Origin: a bacterium
GTDB lineage: Bacteria > Patescibacteriota > Andersenbacteria > UBA10190 > CAIZMI01
Assembly: GCA_030647555.1 (NCBI GenBank)
Contig: JAUSJG010000008.1
Span: 65,467 to 129,466 of the forward strand
Direction: 5' to 3'
Length of the DNA stretch: 64,000 nucleotides
Both the position numbers and the translations under genes were made by a program. Numbering within the stretch: the first letter of the stretch is position 1; the number at the start of each line of letters is the position of its first letter. Below, one piece after another: positions 31,351-41,935 of the stretch. Under the pieces are notes generated by a model. The model ran no database searches and had not been told where the DNA came from. It saw only the letters and a program-made list of their open reading frames with translations.

Positions 31351-32649
31351 CTATAATGACACGAAAACTTCGTGTATTTTTAGGCAGCGATTTTGTGCCG
31401 TATGATCTCGTAGTGTTCTTCTTTTTCCCGCATCGGCAATTGCCTGCCTTTGTTTTTCATCGTGTAGTAAAAAATTAACTTTCTCAATTGCTTCGGGGAT
31501 AGATTCATAACTTACGATTTCTCTGTCTTTTTCAAAAAGCGAGGCAGCTTCGTTTGCTCTGTCTGTTAATAAACAGGCACCCATTCCAGTGGTTTCAAAA
31601 GTTCTAATATTGGCGAATTCTGTTTTATCAACACGATGTCTGTTAAAAACAATGCGGGAATTATAAATAAGTTCGAAATAATCCATACCAAAACGAGGGG
31701 GAAAACAACGTTCCGGATAAAGAGAACTTAAGGGTTTGTGTTTTTTCCAGTTAAATAAACAAGAACCGGACGGATCTTGTTTTTTGCGGATTGAATAACC
31801 AATGAGGTGTCCGATTCGTTCATCGTGTCGTGAAATTTTTAATGATAGAAAAAAATTGAGGGTGTTCAGGTCAAGATGTGTTAGTAAAGAGGCGGCTGAG
31901 CGAATTAAATTTGTTTTTAATGAAAGTGTTTCTTCTTTAGTCCAGATTTGCAGCGGTGTTTTGTTGAGTAGTTCTTTTAGATCAAAGTATCGATCTCTAT
32001 GCTCGTCGATTCCATAGCCAGTTGTTCCTGGGAAAATAAAATCATTTTTTTTGTGTGAAACATTATTTGGGATTATACGTTCACTAAGCGTATCATCAAA
32101 ACATAAATGATTTAAATGACTGTGTATGCCGATTTTTTCGAAAGAGTATTTTAGGGCTGGGTAGGTACAAAAAATCAGGTCGAGATCATTGAAGTCGGAA
32201 TATTGATGATTTCCGTTCAACTCGTCACCCCACAAGCCCGTAATAATTTTTACAAACGGGAATAGTTGTTTAATGTTTTTTCTAAGTGCATGTGTGATCG
32301 TGAGAAAACCGCCTCTTTCAAAATAAATAATGTCAGGACGATAGTATTTGATTTGCATAAGAAAAATATCGGTCAAAGAATATTTTTTAGAAAAAGTAGT
32401 TAATCCGGCGTTTTCTTGTATCCATTGCTCTTGTAAAAGTGTAAAATCTGGAACGACGTCAATTGCTTGATTACCAAGATTTTGTATATGAGTTGACCAG
32501 CTACCTGGTGTTAAAAAACCGGATGTTTGAAAAGCAGATAGAGTGCTAGCATAATCCTTTGAGTTGGTACTTTTTTCGTTAAAGTATTTGTTAAATGAAA
32601 ATAGGTATGGTTTTGCCGCACAGACGCGCATGATAGAATAATTCTTCAT
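31351..32649 (-). CDS. CgeB/Glyco_trans_1_2-type glycosyltransferase
   Basis: C-terminal SRIVFNRH...NIRTFETTGMGACLLTD...FEKDREIVSY...RTLRDHT. Confidence 0.8.
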   Translation of the reverse strand: MKNYSIMRVCAAKPYLFSFNKYFNEKSTNSKDYASTLSAFQTSGFLTPGSWSTHIQNLGNQAIDVVPDFTLLQEQWIQENAGLTTFSKKYSLTDIFLMQIKYYRPDIIYFERGGFLTITHALRKNIKQLFPFVKIITGLWGDELNGNHQYSDFNDLDLIFCTYPALKYSFEKIGIHSHLNHLCFDDTLSERIIPNNVSHKKNDFIFPGTTGYGIDEHRDRYFDLKELLNKTPLQIWTKEETLSLKTNLIRSAASLLTHLDLNTLNFFLSLKISRHDERIGHLIGYSIRKKQDPSGSCLFNWKKHKPLSSLYPERCFPPRFGMDYFELIYNSRIVFNRHRVDKTEFANIRTFETTGMGACLLTDRANEAASLFEKDREIVSYESIPEAIEKVNFLLHDEKQRQAIADAGKRRTLRDHTAQNRCLKIHEVFVSL

Positions 32650-33359
32650 TGAGCGGATTGATCAAAAAAGAAGACTGAATTTACGGTTTTAGCAAATGGA
32701 ATGTAGGCTTGGCCAACAAGAAACCTGGTAAGTTCATCGTTTAAAACTTCAGTTAGCGGCAAGTTTCCACGGCCTTCCGGTCCAAGGCATTCGGCGACAA
32801 TTATTTTTGGTCGATATTTCTCCCAATTGTTTGAAGAAAGAGCGTTTAGTTCTCCCCCCTCAATATCGATGGAAAGAAAGTCGATTGTGGTGTCTGGTGG
32901 CAGATGTTGAAAAAAAATATTTTCCAATGTTGTCTCATTAACGCTGATAATACGATCAAAATTGTATCCCTGGTTTTTGCGAAATTCGGCCATATTACTA
33001 TCAAGAGTGTTTATTGCTCCATGGCTTCCATTAAACCGATAAAAATTCGTCACGCCCGTGTTTTTTCCAACTGCAAAATGCAAATTAACGTCACGCCGAC
33101 GGCAGGTTTTGAACTTCTGGATAGTTGATTCATTTGCATCAACATTGATGCCTCGCCATCCTTTTTTATAAAATAAATACGTATTTGATATTTTTTTGGG
33201 GTGATAAGCGCCAATATCTACAAAAAAACCCTTCTTCTGATTTTCAAAAACTCGTGCTAAAATCGCATCTTCACCGTCTTGGGAATAAAACTTTTTGGCA
33301 GGACCTTTTATAGTATCCCATGTTTTTCCAAGCACTGTTCTAATTTTTTTTGTATTCAT
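32646..33359 (-). CDS. FkbM-family methyltransferase
   Basis: YSQDGED, FFVDIGAYHP..SNT, GWRGINVD and IDFLSIDIEGGE. Confidence 0.9.
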   Translation of the reverse strand: MNTKKIRTVLGKTWDTIKGPAKKFYSQDGEDAILARVFENQKKGFFVDIGAYHPKKISNTYLFYKKGWRGINVDANESTIQKFKTCRRRDVNLHFAVGKNTGVTNFYRFNGSHGAINTLDSNMAEFRKNQGYNFDRIISVNETTLENIFFQHLPPDTTIDFLSIDIEGGELNALSSNNWEKYRPKIIVAECLGPEGRGNLPLTEVLNDELTRFLVGQAYIPFAKTVNSVFFFDQSAQ

Positions 33360-33403
33360 ATATTAAGTATTATTTATTAAAGTTTTTAATAGCAATAAGA
33401 ACC

Positions 33404-34708
33404 TTAGTTAACTATTTTAAGAAAGGAAGATTCCAGAAGTCCCTTGTGTTTCATTAAAAAATTTTGGCTAATACGAGATTTTGCGTATTTTAACCAGCCA
33501 TTTGGATCTAATTGATTAAAAAGTTTTTGTTCATTTGTGATTGGTAATAATTTTTCGTTAGAAGAAATAAGTTCTTTTAGACCGGTTAAAATCTCTTCTG
33601 ATGAAGCGTTAATAGCCATGAATTTATCTTTTGGAAAAATTTCATTGTATTTATCTGGTAAACTATGATAAAGATTGGCTTGGTCGACAAAGTCAAGCAA
33701 TTTGCCTGTAGTATCGGCGATTAATGTCGGTATTTGAATACATGATTCTGAAAATGGGGGCTTAAAAATATGCCACGAATTAAGAAAAAGACAAGGAGTA
33801 TTAAAGCAATCCGCCAAATAAGAAATACCAGAACCGGCCGTAATGGCTAGTTTGGCCAGACAAAAAAGGGAGAGGTCGTTTTGAAAGTTCGCTTCGTTGG
33901 AATTGGCGTAGTTGTAGATATTATATTGTTTAAAAATTTCCGGCATTTTTTCGCGACCGACAAATACTATAAAAAAGTTATTATTTAATAAATAATTGAT
34001 AGCTGGTAAATACGTATCAGGGTTGGTCACGCAAGCTGTCGCGTTAACAATGTCTGTTTTAATGTGAATGAGGGCGATCTTCTTATTTGTCGTATCAAAA
34101 GAGCCGTTAAATTTTATTTCCTTGATGTGGGATCTTAATAAAAAAAAATTGGGGGTTAATGAACGTCTTCTGTACCAATCAATCCAATATTGATGAGTTT
34201 CTTTTTTTGAAACTAGATATTGATTAGTTTGCCAACGAGGTGGCAAAGAATTGTGCTCGCGATCAGGTAAATACCACTTACAGCGAGAGAGCCCAGCGTC
34301 TAGTGTGATATTTCTGTAGCGCATAAGCATCGGCAAGATCAAACAATAAAAAATATTAGATGAGGAAGAAAAAGCAAAAAGATTACCATACAGTTTAACA
34401 ATAGTACGACAAAAATCATTATTTCTTCTAATCATAATATATTTAATTTTTGGATTCAGTTCTTTTAAAGTGCGTGCACGAAAAAAATTGTCTAATACGG
34501 GAATATTGTCTCCAACACCATCCGCAATGTTGAATAGAAAACGATAATTAGTTTTTAAAAAGAATACGTAAAACGGCCAATAAATAAAGAAAAGATATTT
34601 TGAAATAAATGGCGCAATAGTTACTTCAAAGTAATACATTAATAAAATAATTATGCGACTTGGTAGTTTTTTAAAAAAAGATTTATTAATTTCAATTTTC
34701 ATAACCAT
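33404..34708 (-). CDS. Putative glycosyltransferase, TIGR04372-like
   Basis: IALIHIK...YLPAINYL....VFVG...GSGISYLADCFNTP...INASSEEI pattern. The gene is AT-rich. Confidence 0.6.
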   Translation of the reverse strand: MVMKIEINKSFFKKLPSRIIILLMYYFEVTIAPFISKYLFFIYWPFYVFFLKTNYRFLFNIADGVGDNIPVLDNFFRARTLKELNPKIKYIMIRRNNDFCRTIVKLYGNLFAFSSSSNIFYCLILPMLMRYRNITLDAGLSRCKWYLPDREHNSLPPRWQTNQYLVSKKETHQYWIDWYRRRSLTPNFFLLRSHIKEIKFNGSFDTTNKKIALIHIKTDIVNATACVTNPDTYLPAINYLLNNNFFIVFVGREKMPEIFKQYNIYNYANSNEANFQNDLSLFCLAKLAITAGSGISYLADCFNTPCLFLNSWHIFKPPFSESCIQIPTLIADTTGKLLDFVDQANLYHSLPDKYNEIFPKDKFMAINASSEEILTGLKELISSNEKLLPITNEQKLFNQLDPNGWLKYAKSRISQNFLMKHKGLLESSFLKIVN

Positions 34709-35972
34709 TGATCTTCCATGAATGATCGGCGACGATTAGGTTTTGTTTGCCCGCAATGTGGCCGGTTCCAAAGTAGTCTCCCGGCTCAACAGAAAACATT
34801 CCGGCCTGAAGGATATAGTCTTCAACCTCCTCTCCAGATCTTGTGGTAACAAGTAAACTGTAATAAAAATCCCCACTATTCAATCCTAGTTGAGGAATAA
34901 TACACTCAATTTTGCCATGACGCGGGATCGTTTTTAAATGATCATTGCCTAAGGTAGCAAGAGTATTAAAGTTGGTAAGTAAAGTATTGTGTGCGGTAAA
35001 AACGCAAAAACTGAATGAAAAATTTGAAGCGTCTATTTCATCTCGCTGGTTATACAGAGCGACGATTTTCATGTTTTCTCCTGATATCACTTGCGTTACT
35101 CTTCTATTGGATCCGTTTTCAACCCAGGTTTCAGTAAAACGAATTCCGCCACGGCCTTTGCGGTCGTGACGATCATTCAAACTTACAGAAAGCGAGTTTT
35201 TTATTCTCGAAATATATAAATCTATTATTTTTCGTGATGCTCCGTCAGCAATTAATTCGCCTTTGTCAAGCAGAAGGCACCTATTGCATAGCAGTGCCAA
35301 ACTTTCTAATTGATGGCTTACATAAATTACAGTGCGTCCGTTGGCGGCAATATTATCCATTTTTCCCAGACATTTTTTTTGGAACTCAATGTCACCAACA
35401 GACAAAACCTCGTCTACTACGAGGATTTCGGGGTCAAGGTTGGCGGCAACCGCAAAAGCTAAGCGCGTATACATACCGCTCGAATATCTTTTAATGGGGG
35501 TGTCAATAAATTTAGTTATTTCAGCAAATTCAACGATTTCATCAAATTTTTTATCAATTTCCCGTTTTTTCATGCCCAATACCGAACCATTGAGATATAT
35601 ATTTTCCCGTCCGGTTAACTCCGGATGAAACCCTGTTCCGACTTCCAATAAACTGGCGACTCTTCCGCGCATAATGATTTGTCCGTAAGTGGGATCGGTA
35701 ATTCTACTTAGTATCTTTAGTAAAGTACTTTTACCGGCGCCATTGCGACCAATAATACCGACAGCTTCTCCGCGTGCGATTGAAAACGAGATGTCTTTAA
35801 GTGCCCAAAAATCTTCAGTTTTTTTATTTTGGTTTTTGAAACCGCTTTTTAGGTAATTAAGAGGTTTTTTAATTGTGTGCAATAGTGAATCGCTTAGGGT
35901 GTGATACATTTCACGGTGTTCACCGATTTTGTATCGTTTTGCGATTTTTTCAGCGGAAATAATTGGTTCCAT
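34692..35972 (-). CDS. wzt: Polysaccharide ABC transporter ATP-binding subunit with Wzt C-terminal domain
   Basis: FWALKDISF, GRNGAGKST, GFHPELTGREN, YSSGM..RLAFA and DEVLSVGD, plus a C-terminal extension. Confidence 0.93.
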   Translation of the reverse strand: MEPIISAEKIAKRYKIGEHREMYHTLSDSLLHTIKKPLNYLKSGFKNQNKKTEDFWALKDISFSIARGEAVGIIGRNGAGKSTLLKILSRITDPTYGQIIMRGRVASLLEVGTGFHPELTGRENIYLNGSVLGMKKREIDKKFDEIVEFAEITKFIDTPIKRYSSGMYTRLAFAVAANLDPEILVVDEVLSVGDIEFQKKCLGKMDNIAANGRTVIYVSHQLESLALLCNRCLLLDKGELIADGASRKIIDLYISRIKNSLSVSLNDRHDRKGRGGIRFTETWVENGSNRRVTQVISGENMKIVALYNQRDEIDASNFSFSFCVFTAHNTLLTNFNTLATLGNDHLKTIPRHGKIECIIPQLGLNSGDFYYSLLVTTRSGEEVEDYILQAGMFSVEPGDYFGTGHIAGKQNLIVADHSWKINGYEN

Positions 35973-35975
35973 AAA

Positions 35976-36806
35976 TCAAATAATGTCGGCAAAGGATCTC
36001 TCTTTGTAGCGAAAATACAAGAGTCCAACGAAGAACAATATCACGGCGCTTAAGAAAGAAATAAGCAATATGGGGGTGTCAAATGGTTTATTAAGGATTG
36101 CCGAACGAAAACCCTCGATGACGCCTGTCATTGGGTTAAACGCAAGAAGCCAACGCCAAGTTTTTGGTACGATTGTGACGGGGTAGAGAACAGGACTGAC
36201 GAACATCCACAATTGAACCAGAAACGTAACAACATAACGAAAATCTCTGTAGGCGACTGTTAGGGCGGAAAGAATCAGTCCAACACCTAAAGCGGATCCA
36301 ATCATAATAATAACAAGAAGGGGTAATAATAAAATGCCAAGAGTTAGACTAATTTTATAATAGAAAAGCATTGCTATTAAGATGATAAAGGAAATACAGA
36401 AATCGAGCAGTTCTACACCAACAACAGAAGATGGAATAATTATGCGTGGAAAATACACTTTTGTAATAAGACGTTCATCTTCGATAATACTGGTGCCTGA
36501 AAAACGGATTACGTTGGAAAAAAAAGTCCAAGGAAGTAAACCGGAATAAACAAAAATTGGATATGGAACCGAATCTGATGGTATTTTTGCTAGAGTTCCA
36601 AAAAAAATGCTAAAAACCACCATTGTGAGAAAGGGTTGTATTATCGCCCATGTCGCTCCGATTGCAGTTTGTTTGTAGCGTACCTTAATATTGCGTAAAG
36701 CAATAAAGAGTAGTAAATCACGGTAATAAAACAGCTCGTGCAAATCAAACGCGGCGAGGCCACGTTTAGCTTTTATTATATAGTAACTTTTTTCTTTATT
36801 GTTCAT
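35976..36806 (-). CDS. wzm: Polysaccharide ABC transporter permease
   Basis: RNIKVRYKQTAIGATWAIIQP, KVYFPR, YRDF and NPMTGVIEGFR. ATGA overlap at 36803-36806. Confidence 0.93.
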   Translation of the reverse strand: MNNKEKSYYIIKAKRGLAAFDLHELFYYRDLLLFIALRNIKVRYKQTAIGATWAIIQPFLTMVVFSIFFGTLAKIPSDSVPYPIFVYSGLLPWTFFSNVIRFSGTSIIEDERLITKVYFPRIIIPSSVVGVELLDFCISFIILIAMLFYYKISLTLGILLLPLLVIIMIGSALGVGLILSALTVAYRDFRYVVTFLVQLWMFVSPVLYPVTIVPKTWRWLLAFNPMTGVIEGFRSAILNKPFDTPILLISFLSAVILFFVGLLYFRYKERSFADII

Positions 36807-37651
36807 AAAACAAAACTGATAATGTATCTTGCGAAGATGTATAATCGATATCGACGATGCCATTTATGTACGTATTTTTCAGGAAAAATATCTCTATAAA
36901 ACCCAGTTCGCATTTTTTGGGTTGCCAGTTTTAAACTGCTAAAATATTGTTTTATGTCATATCTTAGCCCGCCTGAAAAACTTTTTTCCACTAACCGCCA
37001 AGCAACCGCTTTTTCCGAAGAGTAACACACGCCATGTTTTAAACCTATGGCTCGTATTGCAAAAATATCACTGCATGGGCCTAATTCTAAAGGGAAACCA
37101 GCTATTTCTTGTAGGGCCGATCGTCGATAAATCGTTGAGGCACTCCATGAATGCGAGGGTGGTTCTATTTCCAAGCATTCTGTTAAATATACAGTGGGTG
37201 GCGCAAAGCGTGCAGTTTTCCATTTGCGGACTGATGCGATACTTATTTTTTCATCCTTTTCGTTAACGGTAACCATATCGCCGAAAACGATACCTGCCTT
37301 CGGATATTGATAAACCAAATTTATCGCTTGCTCAAAAAAACCGGGTAATACATAGTCATTGGCAGATGCACCGTAAACATAATCCGTGTCGAGTGACTGC
37401 CAACCTTCCTGCAGAGATGCTAACACCCCCTTGTTTTTATTGTGGCGTATCAACTTAATTTGAGGATATTTATTGATATATGTATTGATAGTGATGATAC
37501 TGTTATCGGTTGAACAGTCATCAATTATCAGAAATTTGTCAGGGGGGGTTGATTGCCTCATAATTGCTTCAATGGCGCGTCCAATTGTCGTCGCGTCGTT
37601 GTAATTGGGCATAAAAATCCCGAGCGTTGGCTTAGGATGAATAATAGACAT
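36803..37651 (-). CDS. GT2-family glycosyltransferase
   Basis: MPNYND, IIDDCSTDNS and NKGV. TTGCCA-16-TATCAT lies 6 nt before the ATG. Confidence 0.88.
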   Translation of the reverse strand: MSIIHPKPTLGIFMPNYNDATTIGRAIEAIMRQSTPPDKFLIIDDCSTDNSIITINTYINKYPQIKLIRHNKNKGVLASLQEGWQSLDTDYVYGASANDYVLPGFFEQAINLVYQYPKAGIVFGDMVTVNEKDEKISIASVRKWKTARFAPPTVYLTECLEIEPPSHSWSASTIYRRSALQEIAGFPLELGPCSDIFAIRAIGLKHGVCYSSEKAVAWRLVEKSFSGGLRYDIKQYFSSLKLATQKMRTGFYRDIFPEKYVHKWHRRYRLYIFARYIISFVL

Positions 37652-37776
37652 ATGGGAATGATAGTGGATTCCTATCGTCTGGCAAGTGTGAGTCCTTTTT
37701 TTGGCAAGCCTTATCTTAATAAATTATCATAAATAGTGTATTATTGCTCTATGTATAAATTATCAAAAACCTGAAT

Positions 37777-38673
37777 ATGGGTCTTGCGTTACCGGCTTTA
37801 AAGTATCTCGTAGAGGAGTATAGGAGAAAACCGTTTCCTGGTCCTATTTTGACGCTAGGAAGGCAATGTATTTATGCTACTGAAGGTGAGATACGTCAGT
37901 TATTGATCGAGATGGAAGTAGTGTTAAGAGAACCACCTATTGGGATACAGCGAAATACTAACATCACGGCCTGGAAGAATATTCCATATGCAAAATATGC
38001 CAGTGACCAGCTTTTTTTTGGATTGTTGACTGGTCAAAATGTAGAAACTTTGGATATTTCAAATTATGAAGATGCTGAATATGTTTGGGATTTAAATCAG
38101 CCGGTCCCAGCGGAATGGCGCGGAAAATTCGGAACAGTTATTGACGCTGGCACGAGCGAGCATATTTTTGATGTACGACAGAATTTACAAAATGTTAATA
38201 TTTTGCTCAAAAATGGTGGTAGATTATTTCATTTATCACCCGCCAACAATTATATGGAGCATGGATATTATCAGTTTAGTCCTGTAGTATTTCATGATTA
38301 TTATGGTGTAAACGGATTCGTTGATATGCGATGTATTCTGGTTGAACAACGACCATGGGCATTAATGCGCGGGCATTGGCAAAAATGGGATTGGAGTACC
38401 AAACGTCCGGCGACGAATATTATTTCGCATCAAATGCTAGAAGTTTTTTTTACAGCTGAAAAGGTGTCCAATAGTACGGTTGACAAGACTCCACAACAAG
38501 GGTTTAGTTACGAAATTTCCGATTTCAGCAGGACGCGAGCCGGTCATTTGGGTGGTTTGAAGGCAAAATTATACTATTTTTTGCCGCAAAGTTTAGTAAT
38601 ATTAGCTAAACGTCTACTTGGTTTTGATAAATCCGTAAAGCCGTGGGGCCTTCGCTTTCGCGGTAAACTCTAG
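37777..38673 (+). CDS. Methyltransferase-fold protein
   Basis: LDISNYEDAE..WDLNQPVP...VIDAGTSEHIFD...LKNGG...HGYYQFSP. Confidence 0.6.
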   Translation: MGLALPALKYLVEEYRRKPFPGPILTLGRQCIYATEGEIRQLLIEMEVVLREPPIGIQRNTNITAWKNIPYAKYASDQLFFGLLTGQNVETLDISNYEDAEYVWDLNQPVPAEWRGKFGTVIDAGTSEHIFDVRQNLQNVNILLKNGGRLFHLSPANNYMEHGYYQFSPVVFHDYYGVNGFVDMRCILVEQRPWALMRGHWQKWDWSTKRPATNIISHQMLEVFFTAEKVSNSTVDKTPQQGFSYEISDFSRTRAGHLGGLKAKLYYFLPQSLVILAKRLLGFDKSVKPWGLRFRGKL

Positions 38674-39698
38674 AATTTTATTAGTATACGTCCCGCTTTT
38701 CCCGTAGCGAGTTCGGAGAAGGCTTCGTTTATTTTATAAAAAGAGAAACAGTGTGTGATTAGTTTTTCGAGCGGAAGGATCCCACTCCGAAAGGCTTTTG
38801 TATAGATAAGTAAGTCACGTTCAGGTATTGTGTCGCCTCCCCAAGTTCCGATGACTTTTTTACCCTTTATAAATTCGAAAGGTGTAAGTTCGATTTTAAT
38901 ACCATCCTTTACATTACCAGCAATAGCCAGTATGCCATGCGATTGAAGAGCCGCAAAAGCTGTTTCCATTGTCTCTTTTGTGCCGGCTGCTTCTAATGCA
39001 TAATCAACTCCTTTGGGTAGAATGTTTTGTATTTGTGATAATGTGTCGCCCTTGCTTGCGTTAATGGTATGCGTGGCTCCGATTTTTTTTGCAAATAATA
39101 ATTTTTGATCTGTGATATCGATAGCAATAATAAACTTACACCCCGTCATTTTTGCCGCCATAATTGCCGCGGCGCCTATTCCACCCACGCCAAATATTGC
39201 AATAGACGATCCTTTTTGAGCTTTTAACGTGTTAATTACCGCCCCCGCACCTGTTGGTACGGCGCACCCTAAAAGTGCGGCAACGTCGGGTGAGATATTT
39301 TTTGAAATCTTGAAAACACGATTTTCTGAAACAACTGTATACTCGCCAAGCGTCGTAATAGCACCGGCATTTAGCAAAATTTGGTCTTTTGAGTAGGTTG
39401 ACGAAGGTACGTCGATTCCACGTCCTTTTATCCAGCTTAGAACAACATAATCACCGTTTTTGACTTTTTTAACGCCAGAACCGATTTTTTGCACAATTCC
39501 CGATGCTTCATGTCCCATTAAATGGGGAAGATATTTATCTGTACCTTTATAACCGCGTATTTCGTTGCGTTGGCTGCCGCAAATGCCACTATAAAGCACT
39601 TTTACAAGAACTTGTCCTTTTCTTAGTTCTGGGACTTCTATTTCCTCGATGACGAGGGGTTCGTTAAGTCTATAGAGAACAGCCGCCCTGGTTTTCAT
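38670..39698 (-). CDS. Zn-dependent alcohol dehydrogenase (MDR family)
   Basis: SGICGS, GHEASG, LLGCAVPTG and GVGGIG. ATGA overlap at 39695-39698. Confidence 0.9.
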   Translation of the reverse strand: MKTRAAVLYRLNEPLVIEEIEVPELRKGQVLVKVLYSGICGSQRNEIRGYKGTDKYLPHLMGHEASGIVQKIGSGVKKVKNGDYVVLSWIKGRGIDVPSSTYSKDQILLNAGAITTLGEYTVVSENRVFKISKNISPDVAALLGCAVPTGAGAVINTLKAQKGSSIAIFGVGGIGAAAIMAAKMTGCKFIIAIDITDQKLLFAKKIGATHTINASKGDTLSQIQNILPKGVDYALEAAGTKETMETAFAALQSHGILAIAGNVKDGIKIELTPFEFIKGKKVIGTWGGDTIPERDLLIYTKAFRSGILPLEKLITHCFSFYKINEAFSELATGKAGRILIKF

Positions 39699-40348
39699 GG
39701 AATAAACCAGTAGTAGTCGCCGGTATAGCCCACTTCCGCGAATAATTTTTGCCATTCGGGAACGCTCATGTAAGTGAGAGCAGTTAGGTTCCACATATCC
39801 ATGCGTTTTTTTTCTTCCTCGGTTCTATAAGCGTCAACCGTAATAAACGCGTTTTTTTTGCTCACTCGCTGTATTTCTCGCAATGCTTGTTTGCATTCGT
39901 CGAGGGGCAAGTTGTGGATAGTGTTAACCGAAATTACGAGATCAAAGCTTTTATCCGCGTATGGTAGCTTTTTTGCGTCCGCAACCTTAATAAATGGTTT
40001 GATGTCTGGTAAAGCGTTTTCGATCGCATACTCAGAAATATCTATGCCGGCAACAGTGATTCCCGGGATTAATTCACGAAAGTCGTGTAGCATAAAACCC
40101 TTCGCGCAACCGACATCAAGAAGACTGCTTTGTCCTGTTAATTGGTATTTTTTTTGGAAATCAGGAACCACCGGTTGCCAGAAGCGTGACTGGTAGGAAA
40201 ACCCTCCGTAGCCAAATCGTCTTTCGCCATCAAAATATTCTTTATCGAAGCGACGGCCAATTTTTCGATCTGCCTCGGTTTTTTCCTGGGCACGTTCGTC
40301 GAGGTTTCTTTTGGTTTTTGGGTAGTTTGCTAGTAGATCTATTTCCAT
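39695..40348 (-). CDS. Class I SAM-dependent methyltransferase
   Basis: EYFDGERRFGYGG, LDVGCAKGF and LPYADKSFDLVIS. Confidence 0.88.
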   Translation of the reverse strand: MEIDLLANYPKTKRNLDERAQEKTEADRKIGRRFDKEYFDGERRFGYGGFSYQSRFWQPVVPDFQKKYQLTGQSSLLDVGCAKGFMLHDFRELIPGITVAGIDISEYAIENALPDIKPFIKVADAKKLPYADKSFDLVISVNTIHNLPLDECKQALREIQRVSKKNAFITVDAYRTEEEKKRMDMWNLTALTYMSVPEWQKLFAEVGYTGDYYWFIP

Positions 40349-40386
40349 AAAAGTGGGCTGAATGATAAGACGAGTGTCATTTTACA

Positions 40387-41277
40387 CTAATTCGAATAAT
40401 TGCAGAATACGTCCGAGGCTTTAGTGAAACTAATGCCCGGGAGGGCAGTTTCAATTTTTTGTGTTGAGAGGGAATTATATAATGGTCTCTTTTCCAATAA
40501 GTCCAAACTTGAGGCAGAGACGCGCTCAATTAATTTTGAGGGTTTGTTTAAAAAAGTCGCGAATTCCGTCGCAAATTCAAAGTAGTTTTTGATTTCTGGT
40601 CCTGACAAATGGAATATTCCAAACTGCTTATTTACGATTAGTAGTTCGATTATTTTTATCACGTCTTTTATATATATCGGTGCAATAAAAGAATCACAGA
40701 TAGCTGATATTTTTTGATCATTTTTCCAAGACTGGTACCATGATGAAAAAAGAGATTTATCGGTTGGGTCGGTTCCATAAACTTTTGTCATTCTAATAAT
40801 AAAAAATTCATTAAATGTTTTTTGAATCATCTCCTCCATTGTTGCTTTTTGACGCCCGTATTCCGTTATGGGGCAAACCGTGTCGGTTTCGACGTAATCT
40901 GGTTTAGCACCGGAAAAGACCATATTGGATGAAAGATAGAATGGTATGCCACCACTTTCTTTGACGCTTTTCAAGAATAGCTTTACCGCGTCCACGTTTA
41001 TTGCCCGTGTTTCAGTTGGATGTGATCTGCAAAAGTCGATGGAGCCAAAATTATTACAAAAAACATAGTAAGCACCTTTAGAGGAAAATGCCGGAGCATA
41101 TGTGTTGGGGTTTGCTAGATCCATAAAAAAAGTCCCCGGTGTTTTTATTTCACGGTTATTATAATAACTGCCCGCGGTGTTATATCCTCGCAGGGTTAGG
41201 TAATGATACAAATTCGTGCCGATGAACCCATCGGCACCGATGATTACAATATTTTTCTTGTCAGTGTTTTGGACCAA
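40387..41277 (-). CDS. RmlD-like NDP-4-keto-sugar reductase
   Basis: IIGADGFIG, YLSSNMVFSG, P.TEYGRQK and RPLYNSLST. Confidence 0.8.
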   Translation of the reverse strand: MVQNTDKKNIVIIGADGFIGTNLYHYLTLRGYNTAGSYYNNREIKTPGTFFMDLANPNTYAPAFSSKGAYYVFCNNFGSIDFCRSHPTETRAINVDAVKLFLKSVKESGGIPFYLSSNMVFSGAKPDYVETDTVCPITEYGRQKATMEEMIQKTFNEFFIIRMTKVYGTDPTDKSLFSSWYQSWKNDQKISAICDSFIAPIYIKDVIKIIELLIVNKQFGIFHLSGPEIKNYFEFATEFATFLNKPSKLIERVSASSLDLLEKRPLYNSLSTQKIETALPGISFTKASDVFCNYSN

Positions 41278-41935
41278 TGCCTATCGCAAATAGATAATGC
41301 GCCATACCCGAAAAACCCGTATGTACAACTTCATCGTTCATGGAAAAAGTTAATACGTTATTAAAAAATTGTTGCATTAGATTTTTTAATTCTACTTCTC
41401 GTTTGCAATTGATGTGACCCTCCTTGCTTGGCTTTGAAGCATAGATTTGCGATTCTTTGCTGGGGGTGCCTAAAACCAAGATGCCATGCCTGGTTAAACT
41501 TTTGCAAATATTTGTCAGAAATATTTTTTCCTTCGATGGTTTTATGTGCTCTAAAACATCCAGTGTGTATGCTCCATCATATTTTTTATTTAAAGGATTT
41601 TTTAGGATGTCGTGAATAATAAATTTAGCATTGGAAATATTATTATTTACTTTTTTTGCGTTCTCTATAAAAAGGGGATCAAAGTCATACCCGTCCAAAT
41701 TGCCGACGCAAGTACTGATTAGTCGTGAACCAAATCCATCGCCACAACCGATATCGGCGACACTTTTTTTATTATTAAGTATTTTGGATACAAATTTATA
41801 TCGCGACAGTGTAAATAAAATATGTTTCGGGTCGTTGAGCCAAAGGTACGAAGAGGTCAAACCCATCAGGCCGGGGCCAAATTGATTCTGGTGTTCTAAC
41901 TGGCCATTATATTGAGGTTCTTTGGTTGTTTTCAT
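41261..41935 (-). CDS. Class I SAM-dependent methyltransferase
   Basis: SRYKF, DIGCGDGFG, LDVLEHI and GTP. ATGA overlap at 41932-41935. Confidence 0.85.
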   Translation of the reverse strand: MKTTKEPQYNGQLEHQNQFGPGLMGLTSSYLWLNDPKHILFTLSRYKFVSKILNNKKSVADIGCGDGFGSRLISTCVGNLDGYDFDPLFIENAKKVNNNISNAKFIIHDILKNPLNKKYDGAYTLDVLEHIKPSKEKIFLTNICKSLTRHGILVLGTPSKESQIYASKPSKEGHINCKREVELKNLMQQFFNNVLTFSMNDEVVHTGFSGMAHYLFAIGIGPKH

